Source: Leptospirales bacterium
GTDB lineage: Bacteria; Spirochaetota; Leptospiria; Turneriellales; JAOUFE01
Length of the DNA stretch: 17,821 nt
Direction of reading: 5' to 3'
Assembly (NCBI GenBank): GCA_040326155.1
Contig: JBEQLE010000080.1
Span: 1-17,821, forward strand
Shown: piece after piece, positions 8,394-16,791 of the stretch
Layout of the letters: the number at the start of each line of letters is the position of its first letter
How positions within the stretch are numbered: the stretch's first letter is position 1
Notes under the pieces: model-generated
Told to the model about the DNA's origin: nothing
The model's database searches: none
The model's input: the letters and a program-made list of their open reading frames with translations, nothing else
Translations under genes and position numbers: made by a program

Positions 8394-8510
8394 ATAAATA
8401 TATTATACAAACACAACCCATATTGACGACTATTCTTTTATTTTTTATCCGAATTACGGAATTCATTTTAATGATGCGGTCTCTTATTAATACTTTGTCA
8501 TATCAACTCT

Positions 8511-8560
8511 ATTAATTACAAATTACGAATTGTGGATCGATTTCTTAATTCGTAATTAAT
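8511..8560 (+). repeat. Heptamer palindromic element, family B, copy 4
   Basis: 48/50 identical to 5420-5469: 19-bp arms and the same ttgtggatcgat loop. Confidence 0.9.
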
Positions 8561-8699
8561 CAGCAATTAACCAGGCCGCCGCCCTCCGTTGCCAATAAAC
8601 AGCAAAATAAAACATCACAAAAGAACCTAAAAATGGGTCCGATACTCTTTCTACAATTCGATCTTTTACGGACTCTGCAATCTCTTTTATGGGTGTCAT
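8556..8699 (-). pseudogene. Possible truncated membrane-protein gene fragment (47 aa)
   Basis: MTPIKEIAESVKDRIVERVSDPFLGSFVMFYFAVYWQRRAAAWLIAD*. Resembles the 'ERxSxPFLGxFxxxWxxxNW'-type N-termini of hypothetical membrane proteins (from memory). The stop lies inside repeat B4. Confidence 0.35.
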
Positions 8700-8778
8700 A
8701 GGCTATACTGATTTTGTAGGACATATTATCAATTAGAATCATGGTTATGTTTTCATACCCACCCGAAACGATTTCGTA

Positions 8779-8852
8779 AATAGCGTCGGGGGTAGCGGCG
8801 GCTCTTTTAGCCAAAGCGAGGGGGCAGACTTGCACCCCTTTATAACTCAGAG
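8779..8852 (+). repeat. GC-rich intergenic repeat, family A, copy 2
   Basis: 8779-8833 is identical to 642-696. Lies just downstream of the radical SAM gene. Confidence 0.9.
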
Positions 8853-8875
8853 GAATAAATTAGCTTTTCCCTAAA

Positions 8876-9949
8876 CTACAACCAGCATTGAGGATCTTTA
8901 CCATAAATATCCCCGGTGTTTGCATGGGCGATAGCACGGCACCCCTGGCAATATGCTTCATACTTACAAGAATGACAAGAGGTATTGTGTTTCGCTGATA
9001 GCGTGGGTAGATTCGACAAAGTATCTTTGTTGAAATCTTTCAATAGCGAAGGCTGGTATGAGGATAACAAACCGCATAATATAATCTCGGAGCTGCTGTT
9101 TATATTTAAAGTACGACAATACGCATCGCACCCGATATGCCCGGGCGGAATATTTAACTCTTCTAGATTCAGAAGACCCAGCTCGCCCAGCAGGGGAACC
9201 CACAACTTCTCTTTAAAAGCCAAATGAAAACCACTCTTATAGTGCTCCGAGTAATAATTCAAAAGATGTACTAAAAAAGATCTAAACTCTTGTGCGCTTA
9301 TTTCTCGATAATCAGTTGCCTCTTTTAATTTACCGATATGCGCCATGCGACCTACCATAATTCCGTCAGGTTGCGCTTCACGTATTTTTGGTAAATTCTC
9401 GATAATTGATTCAAGATTAAAACTTCCGACTGTCAGGTTCCAGAAAACGGGCATCTCCAACTGCTGCAACATCGCTGTTTTCTCTTTTAAATCGTCAAAC
9501 GTCTCATTGCCTCGCGTTTCGTTATGCAGTTTCTCATCGCCCAGAAAGGTAAACTTTACTCCTTTGCATCCGTGTAAATCGAGAAGATACGCGGCATCTT
9601 CTGTCAGGGTAGACGGATTTGTCTTTAAAACAAAAAGTAAATTCATTTTATCTAAAAAATAAAGTAACTCTTCAAAGTGGGAATAAAGCAACGGGTCGCC
9701 TCCGCAAAGGGAAAAAATCGGTTGCAACTGTTTGCCCCGATAATAGGAAGATACTTTTTTGATAAATTTTTTCAATAATTTAAAATCAATTTCTGACGGA
9801 TTGGGTTGCGAAAAATTTCCGCAAAAAAAGCAGTTGTTTCTACACTTTCCGGTTAACTCAAACTCAATATAAATATTTTGCGCATTTGATTGCGCCAATT
9901 CTATAAACTGCGTTTCAATTTCTTGCTTAAACTGGTTTTCGTACTTCAT
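8876..9949 (-). CDS. Radical SAM/SPASM-domain protein (peptide-maturase-like)
   Basis: CRNNCFFC (CxxxCxxC) and GGDPLL. C-terminal SPASM cysteines: GCDAYC...LC...CHSCKYEAYCQGCRAIAHANTGDIYGKDPQC. Confidence 0.92.
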   Translation of the reverse strand: MKYENQFKQEIETQFIELAQSNAQNIYIEFELTGKCRNNCFFCGNFSQPNPSEIDFKLLKKFIKKVSSYYRGKQLQPIFSLCGGDPLLYSHFEELLYFLDKMNLLFVLKTNPSTLTEDAAYLLDLHGCKGVKFTFLGDEKLHNETRGNETFDDLKEKTAMLQQLEMPVFWNLTVGSFNLESIIENLPKIREAQPDGIMVGRMAHIGKLKEATDYREISAQEFRSFLVHLLNYYSEHYKSGFHLAFKEKLWVPLLGELGLLNLEELNIPPGHIGCDAYCRTLNINSSSEIILCGLLSSYQPSLLKDFNKDTLSNLPTLSAKHNTSCHSCKYEAYCQGCRAIAHANTGDIYGKDPQCWL

Positions 9950-9959
9950 AAATTAACGT

Positions 9960-10012
9960 AAAAGAAAATCCCACGCCCTCTCTTTGCAATATTATGGCAA
10001 AAAGAGAGCGCA
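9960..10012 (-). terminator. Putative intrinsic terminator or attenuator between the RHS and radical SAM genes
   Basis: Minus strand cgctctctttttgc-cataatatt-gcaaagagagggcg forms an imperfect stem followed by tgggattttctttt. Confidence 0.5.
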
Positions 10013-10053
10013 GAATTTAACATAACGGGATCCTTTTTATTTAATAACGGTAT

Positions 10054-13000
10054 TTACCACCCCTTAAAAAACTTTTTAACAGCCCTCCCAATGTCATTTA
10101 GAACACTTTCTACTTCTCTGGCAAAATTATCGATCAAGTCTTTCAGACTTTTTCCGTTAAAGAGGTCGAAAATCCCCTGCATAAAGCCTGCAAACATCTG
10201 CATCGCGACAAGGACTGAGCTCAATATAATATTTAAGGTGAAAAGAGCTACTCCAATAACAAATACTACGACTTCATATACCATTAGCAGAGCCAACAAA
10301 ATCGGGTAAAATACCAATGTGGCGATACCCAGCATTATCCATCCAAGAGCATCCCGATCCCCGTTAGCCCATTTATCGGCAAATTCGGAATTCCAAAGAA
10401 ACTTGGCGTTATGAACGAAGTTTGCCCCTGTTATAAATGAATAAGCCCCACCTATTATCCATAATACATCGGCAGTAATATTATTCATCAGTACGCCAAT
10501 ACTGGTTGCTCTGTTCGAAGTCAACTCTTTTGTAATCATAGGCATCAGGCTTGCACCTGCGGCGTCATGCCCTTGAGACATACAGTCTATCCCCGTTGTG
10601 CATTGGGCTGTCAAACTATCCTGATTGCGGCCCGGCCCCGTATAATTATGTAAGGGTATGGCGCCGCCGCCAACCGGGCTGTGCCCTGTCGGATCAACGT
10701 ATTTTACCGGGTTACCCAGGGTATACATATAGCGGTTAAAACCTTGAGAAATCTGGCCCTCACCCGGTAGTTCTGTATCTGCGGTTGTAAAGCGCCCGGA
10801 TTCCGAATCGTACATTCTGGCGTTGTAGTTATACAAACCGGTTTCCCTGTCTTCTTCCTGGTGCGTGTACTTGTAACGAAGAATATCTGGTCCGGACGAC
10901 TGGTCCCGATCAATTTCACCATAGGGAGTATAATTGATACGCGTTAAAAGGCGACCCTGGCTATCGCTGAGGTAACGCACACTACCCACATGGTCAGGGT
11001 GAAAAAAGAAGGCGCCTTCAACCGGATATCCGCCACGTGCCGATACTTCGAGATTTCCGCCTGGTTCACCGACATCGGATATATCATCCGGTATGTTTTC
11101 TGGAATACTCGACCAGAAATCCGTATCAGACGCATCAACATTAGAAATATTACCGCAACCGGCGCCGAAAAACCAGAAGAATGCGGTAAATATAAGTGGT
11201 GTAGAATAATGGTATACTTTTCTTGCAAAACCCAAAGACGCTGTGTTCGCTTTGCCCAGGTTGTAAATAAATACCATTAAAAACAGTGCAATCGCCAAGA
11301 GAAAAAATACAAGTACCGATTGTTTTATATTTGATATATCGCTGACCCATAAATTCGACAGTAAATAGGCTTTTTGAATAAACCCGGACGCATTCGCCGG
11401 ATTAGCCATCTGTGCGGCAACCGCCTCCGATACTTTATTAAAGGCATATATGTTACCGGATTTTCTCGTTATCTGGGCTACAATTTCATTGTACATTCCA
11501 TAGACATAGTTAGTATGCGTGAAAGATTGACTTCCACCAACGCGTTCGCTTTGCTTCCCGCCCTTTTCATCCGTAATTTGAACTTCAAATAAAGGTTCGG
11601 TCTCAGACAAAAAGTGAAAATAGTACGTTATACGCCCGTCTTTTGTTTTCTTAACCGTTCTTGTACCTTTATCGTTATATTGAAACTCAGCTATTTTACC
11701 ATTTTTCTTTTGGTTAATACTAACCAGTTGGTTATTCACATTGTAATGGAAAATTCGGTCATTATGCTTAACCATGCTCCCATTTTTATCATAAGCATAT
11801 TTATTTCCAATTGTATCAGATGTAACGGTTTGCGGTTGAGACTTGTCCTCATAAAAAAGTTCCTTTTCTCCCTTTTGCAACAAGTTGCCTCCGGGTGAAT
11901 AGCTGTAACTTCTTGCGCCGTATGCGCCCTGGGCATAAGTTAAACGATTTAATCCGTCATATTCAAAATGCTCCGAAGAGCCATTGTCAATGTTATCTAC
12001 AATAGATAACATATTTCCCTGGCCGTCCATAGAGTATTCCAGATCTCGCACCTGAATGCTCTCACCCTCATTATCAAATAAATTAGTTTTAACGCCGGTA
12101 GGTTGCATGCTCAGCCGATCATAGGTAACCATATCTCTTGCACCGTTACCGGTTATTCTCACCAGTTGAAAATCCTTGTCTGGACCGGTATAAGTAACTA
12201 CAGGGTGTCCATCTGTGTCCGGCTCGCTTGCGTCGTACCAACGCACCTGACGAAGGTAACTCGAATTCGAATAGATATTTCCAATCGTAGAACCATCAGG
12301 ATAAGTAATTTGAGTTACTTTCTTTTCGCTATTATATTTAGCCGAAAACCCAAACTTTCGATCTCCAATTTCTTTTACCATATTTGAGATGTTACCGCGT
12401 TCATCATAGCTATAACTGGTTTTACCGGAAGCATCGTAGACATGGCTTAAATGACCAATAGAATTGACCTGCGTGGGGTCATCATAAACATACGTAACTG
12501 CTTTGTTGCGCGGGAATTTAGGTTTACCAAAAACCGTGTTGTTTTTCAAAACGGCGCCATCCTCATCACCGGATAGTTCGTCGCCTACTACTACGTCAAG
12601 TTCATCATCAGAAGAGTTATACGATTTTCGCGCCATTCGATTCATGGCGTCATATTGAAAATAGACGGAATCTCCTTTTGGGTTCACCTGCTGAATTAAA
12701 TTTCCGTTGGCGTCGTGTTTAAATTGCCAAACTTTTGATCCTTCTACAATTTTTTCCGTACGCTCCAGAGTATCATAGGTAGCAACAGTGACACTGCCAT
12801 CAGCGTCTTGCGTAATCTGCTCCAGCGGATTATATGTCGTTTCCAGGCTCGATAGTAAAACATTGCCATCATAATTTTGGCGAATGATTTCTCTGCCCCT
12901 GGCGTCCGCAACCACCCGCTCCAATTTATTATTTACGTCGTACTGTTCCACCACATTGCTTTTATAGGCCAATTGCATGAACGATCCGTCGTAATTTTGA

Positions 13001-16000
13001 ATTTTGGAAATTCTTCCGTATGAATCATAAGAAAATATTTTGAATACCGGTGTCTGTAACCCCTCCAAATAGGGCTTCGATATTTTAATATGGTTTTCAT
13101 CGCTTGTCCCATAAAATTCATATTCGCTTATTATGTTATCTTGTGAAACGTTACCATTTTCATCGACAATTGCACCCTTGGCAATTTTTTTATAGATTCG
13201 ATTTAAACCGTCATAATAGTGCCGTATATAACTATAACCACTCGGCGATTCATCAGAGTAACGAATTTCTATATATTGGCCACTTGGGTCACCTTCACCT
13301 TCTTGATAAAGAATCTCTTTCGAATGTTTGCCACCAGGATAATTTAATTTTGTTAATCTGTAAAACGGGTCAATTTCGCTTGATGAACTATTTCCATTGC
13401 TATCACTCATTGCCACTACCGTAACATAGAGAGGATCATACTCGTACGTTTGAACATGGCCGATAGAGTTTACTTCGCTTATCGCCTTGGTATGATAATC
13501 GGTTTCATATTCTACCGAATACGTATTTCCGTTTGCATCGGTTTTTTGTATGACATTACCGTAAGAATCGTATGCAAAAGTATCAGAGACAAACGAATTC
13601 GTTGAGTTTAAATACCGCTCTTCTTTGACTTTGTTATGGTTAACATAAGTAAATTTATCCCAGTCAACGATCACTCCCTGCACCAGTTTTTTAACGTTTA
13701 TTTGACGATCAAGAATCCACAAGTCCGTATCAATTTCATAAGTATATTGAAACTCTACTGTCTCTACAGAGTCTGCCTGATCAATAACCGAAACAATTTG
13801 TCCATACCCATTGTACGTATAGAATTTACTATTTTTTAAAGAAAACTGACCGGATTCATATTTTTCATAAATCTGTTGATCTGTTTTTATACGATTTGTT
13901 CCAGGAAAAATAGTAGATAAGTCCGATGAATATACATAAGAAAACCTACTCATGATTTGATTCTCGCCATTATATTCAGTTTCAGATAAATACACACCTT
14001 CGAATCCCGGATCCTGGCGAAAACTTTGAACTTTGAAACTTCCTATAAATTCATCTTTAATCGTGAAGTATTGAAAACCAAGTGATTTGGCATTGCTTCC
14101 CCGGCCCGGTCTATAACGCCGGTTTGCATAAGCGTAGCTTTTAAAAAACTCATTTCCCCGACCATCTGCCATGGAAATTCTTTGAACAACAAACCCGGCA
14201 TAGCCCAAAGAAATACCGCAGGGTGCATTATACCCCGTTCCGGTGGCTCCTCCGCAATTTTCGGTTAGTGGGTCGATTGCGCCCGAATGACTTGCAAGCG
14301 TTTCGTAGGAGACTTTAAAAGAGCTACCAAAATTATTTTGTATTTCAACAATTTTGTCATTTACTACAGGATCAGAATTTGCCATGTGTAGAAATTTATT
14401 TTCGATCGTTCCGTCCGAGACGGTGTAGTTAATATCCAGCAGTTGATCTCCGTTAAAATCTCCGAACTTCATAGACATGGAACAATCAGCTCCGCCGGTT
14501 TCGCTGATATTGTAAGTTTGTTCGGCGCTCAACCCTTGTGAGCGATTTTCCATAATCGTAAAATCCATATTACATTTATCATCTTTATTATCTTTCAATA
14601 TAAGATCAGCTCTTCGATCCCCATTTACATCCACCGGGAGCATTTGATACATCCCCGTTCTGGACGATGTATGAATTTGCTCAAAAGCGTTAAACCCCGC
14701 TCCATTGGCGGTCTGCAAACTTACATAGAGAATATTATCACCCGTATTTGAATTATAATCTTGTTTTAAATACATTAAATCGGATTTTCCATCACCGTTA
14801 TAATCGCCTGTCGTCACCTGCCAGTAGGTATCAGGTTCGGACAACTGATATGCTGTAATGAGCTGACTATACCCCCCGTCCTGGCTTAAAATGTATCGAA
14901 CTTGTACGCCGTCTTTTACATTATAAATAATGAAGTCACTATCCAGATCGTCATTCAAGTTTGCACTGGAAAAATACCATTGTGTATTCATCTCCAGAGA
15001 TTCAAAAACCGTTACGGGCGCAGCAAACCCCTGCCCTCTGTTTTTTTGACTTTGTAACATCGTTTTGTGTTCGCATGTCGAACAGGCGGTTTCATGGTCA
15101 GGATAATAATTATAATAATACAGCAGGTCCGTTAGACCATCCTTGTCTATATCTGCCGTACTTAGCGACCATCCAATTGCAACTTCATCGCCGGCGCGCG
15201 CCGTTGTTAATGAACCCCAGGATGACCCATTCCCTAAAGCATATTTAACCGCAGTTCCTTTCGAAAAAACCAGGTCTTTTTTACCGTCGCCGTTTATATC
15301 AGCCGCCTGTAACTCCCAGCCTGTAATATTATAAACAAAGTTCGCCGATTGGGAGGTCCACCCTGATGGTGTCGACAATACATAGGCAATATTTATTTCA
15401 GAACCCGTATCATGGTATCGCAATAAATCAGTTAAGCTGTCGCCATTGATATCAAATGCTGTAGATTCTGAATATACGCCACTTAAAGTTATTGCATCAA
15501 ACTGGGAATTATCGTTTTTCCCTTCAATCCAGCTAAACGTTAGCGGGGGTTTTGAAGAGACGCCGTCATTTCCAATTTCTTTAAGACCGCTCAACAGACT
15601 TCGACCGGTTGTGGTGCCGGTTTTATACTCCATTTCGTATGCGCGAATTAAATCCCCGTCCGTACAAAAGTCAAAGGCGCAATAAACATTTCCGGAAACT
15701 TTTATGGATTGAAGTCTTTTCGAAATTCTTTGAAAAGCGCCGCCCACGTATTTCTCTTGTACATCAGGACGTTCTTCATAATGAAATGTTACAGCATGCA
15801 GCCGAGAGATCCCGGCGCCTTTTGTATACAGAATTCGGTTTAAATATGGATATCCATCTGTGTTTTCATATTCATAGGTTATGGAATTATTATTTAAGTC
15901 AACAGCTGCGCGAAAACCCCAAAAGACAAAACCCTTTCCGTTATCTGCCATAATTCTTGAATTTCCGCTATCTCCGTCTTCATCTACACCAAAATAAAGC

Positions 16001-16437
16001 ACTTGCCCTCCAGGGGAGACGACCTTCCACCCGCAGGGTTCCTTCGGACCCAAACCGCATGAACCGTAAATTGGCGTATAACGATAGTATATTTCATTTT
16101 TTGTATGATAAACGGATTGATCTCCGGAGATGTCTACCAGCTCTCCTCCGATCCCGGAATAAGTAGCGTTCTCGTTAAAGCTTAAACCGTTAACGCCCGG
16201 ATGACGGCGAATGCTCGGAGCTCCCTGCACGGCCCAGCCCATACCCACTATTCCATTTCCCCCACCGGAGTTGTACATCAAACTCAGCGAAGGTTTTGCT
16301 TTATGCCGCCCTTCGGGAAGTTCTATTTCAACTTTTTGACTATACGAACCGTTCGAATTGACAACGCCAAATATGGCCCCAGGAACAAACAATGCAAAGA
16401 ATGCCGTCACTAGATATAATTTGTTAATAATTTTCAT
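10054..16437 (-). CDS. Large secreted SpvB/FG-GAP/TcdB-mid/YD-repeat RHS protein (TcB-TcC-like fusion, 2127 aa) with a C-terminal cargo domain
   Basis: Start at ATG 16437 (RBS GGAGAGG), followed by a signal peptide and the SpvB-like PSLSLMYNSGGGNGIVGMGW. Seven FG-GAP/VCBS Dx(N/D)xD loops (DINGDSLTD, DINGDGKKD, DIDKDGLTD, NLNDDLDSD, DYNGDGKSD, DVNGDRRAD, DFNGDQLLD), then YD repeats. RHS core FHPDHVGS...YTHQEEDRETGLYNYNARMYD...NRYMYTLGNPVKYVDPTGH. Confidence 0.93.
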   Translation of the reverse strand: MKIINKLYLVTAFFALFVPGAIFGVVNSNGSYSQKVEIELPEGRHKAKPSLSLMYNSGGGNGIVGMGWAVQGAPSIRRHPGVNGLSFNENATYSGIGGELVDISGDQSVYHTKNEIYYRYTPIYGSCGLGPKEPCGWKVVSPGGQVLYFGVDEDGDSGNSRIMADNGKGFVFWGFRAAVDLNNNSITYEYENTDGYPYLNRILYTKGAGISRLHAVTFHYEERPDVQEKYVGGAFQRISKRLQSIKVSGNVYCAFDFCTDGDLIRAYEMEYKTGTTTGRSLLSGLKEIGNDGVSSKPPLTFSWIEGKNDNSQFDAITLSGVYSESTAFDINGDSLTDLLRYHDTGSEINIAYVLSTPSGWTSQSANFVYNITGWELQAADINGDGKKDLVFSKGTAVKYALGNGSSWGSLTTARAGDEVAIGWSLSTADIDKDGLTDLLYYYNYYPDHETACSTCEHKTMLQSQKNRGQGFAAPVTVFESLEMNTQWYFSSANLNDDLDSDFIIYNVKDGVQVRYILSQDGGYSQLITAYQLSEPDTYWQVTTGDYNGDGKSDLMYLKQDYNSNTGDNILYVSLQTANGAGFNAFEQIHTSSRTGMYQMLPVDVNGDRRADLILKDNKDDKCNMDFTIMENRSQGLSAEQTYNISETGGADCSMSMKFGDFNGDQLLDINYTVSDGTIENKFLHMANSDPVVNDKIVEIQNNFGSSFKVSYETLASHSGAIDPLTENCGGATGTGYNAPCGISLGYAGFVVQRISMADGRGNEFFKSYAYANRRYRPGRGSNAKSLGFQYFTIKDEFIGSFKVQSFRQDPGFEGVYLSETEYNGENQIMSRFSYVYSSDLSTIFPGTNRIKTDQQIYEKYESGQFSLKNSKFYTYNGYGQIVSVIDQADSVETVEFQYTYEIDTDLWILDRQINVKKLVQGVIVDWDKFTYVNHNKVKEERYLNSTNSFVSDTFAYDSYGNVIQKTDANGNTYSVEYETDYHTKAISEVNSIGHVQTYEYDPLYVTVVAMSDSNGNSSSSEIDPFYRLTKLNYPGGKHSKEILYQEGEGDPSGQYIEIRYSDESPSGYSYIRHYYDGLNRIYKKIAKGAIVDENGNVSQDNIISEYEFYGTSDENHIKISKPYLEGLQTPVFKIFSYDSYGRISKIQNYDGSFMQLAYKSNVVEQYDVNNKLERVVADARGREIIRQNYDGNVLLSSLETTYNPLEQITQDADGSVTVATYDTLERTEKIVEGSKVWQFKHDANGNLIQQVNPKGDSVYFQYDAMNRMARKSYNSSDDELDVVVGDELSGDEDGAVLKNNTVFGKPKFPRNKAVTYVYDDPTQVNSIGHLSHVYDASGKTSYSYDERGNISNMVKEIGDRKFGFSAKYNSEKKVTQITYPDGSTIGNIYSNSSYLRQVRWYDASEPDTDGHPVVTYTGPDKDFQLVRITGNGARDMVTYDRLSMQPTGVKTNLFDNEGESIQVRDLEYSMDGQGNMLSIVDNIDNGSSEHFEYDGLNRLTYAQGAYGARSYSYSPGGNLLQKGEKELFYEDKSQPQTVTSDTIGNKYAYDKNGSMVKHNDRIFHYNVNNQLVSINQKKNGKIAEFQYNDKGTRTVKKTKDGRITYYFHFLSETEPLFEVQITDEKGGKQSERVGGSQSFTHTNYVYGMYNEIVAQITRKSGNIYAFNKVSEAVAAQMANPANASGFIQKAYLLSNLWVSDISNIKQSVLVFFLLAIALFLMVFIYNLGKANTASLGFARKVYHYSTPLIFTAFFWFFGAGCGNISNVDASDTDFWSSIPENIPDDISDVGEPGGNLEVSARGGYPVEGAFFFHPDHVGSVRYLSDSQGRLLTRINYTPYGEIDRDQSSGPDILRYKYTHQEEDRETGLYNYNARMYDSESGRFTTADTELPGEGQISQGFNRYMYTLGNPVKYVDPTGHSPVGGGAIPLHNYTGPGRNQDSLTAQCTTGIDCMSQGHDAAGASLMPMITKELTSNRATSIGVLMNNITADVLWIIGGAYSFITGANFVHNAKFLWNSEFADKWANGDRDALGWIMLGIATLVFYPILLALLMVYEVVVFVIGVALFTLNIILSSVLVAMQMFAGFMQGIFDLFNGKSLKDLIDNFAREVESVLNDIGRAVKKFFKGW

Positions 16438-16487
16438 ACTACCTCTCCGGTTAATTTTATTCATTAAAAATATCTTAATATTGTAAG

Positions 16488-16517
16488 CTTATAACAATAT
16501 CTCTGAGAAAATGTCAA
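16488..16517 (-). promoter_or_regulatory. Putative sigma70 promoter of the RHS gene
   Basis: Minus strand TTGACA-18 bp-TATAAG with a TGn extension, about 50 bp upstream of ATG 16437. Confidence 0.45.
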
Positions 16518-16791
16518 GGCATTTCATGAATTTATTCTATTTTGCCACCAATATGGCGAATAACGCGTACAATAATTGCGTATATCCCCCATTTGGGTGA
16601 GACAAAAATGAAACAATGGAGACATTGACCGACATGCAAATTTGAGACTTTTATTTCTATAAACTTTTTGGAGTAACTAAAACGCAAATATATTTCGTCT
16701 TTTCGTCGACATTTTCATCGCTACGCTCACGTACAGCCCGATGTAATATTCTATAAATACACAGATGATCAACGGGCACACGTACATAGCA

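Noticed and set aside
721..8560. Repeat families as a CRISPR array or integron attC sites
   Set aside because: No regular repeat-spacer periodicity and no cas genes. No RYYYAAC/GTTRRRY core pairs bounding the hairpins, and the intervening genes are in mixed orientation.
16465..16791. Small ORFs (e.g. 36-codon MYVCPLII... on minus) and an imperfect inverted repeat at 16720-16790
   Set aside because: No RBS or leader-like composition. The hairpin is heavily mismatched and cannot be assigned as a terminator or RNA element.
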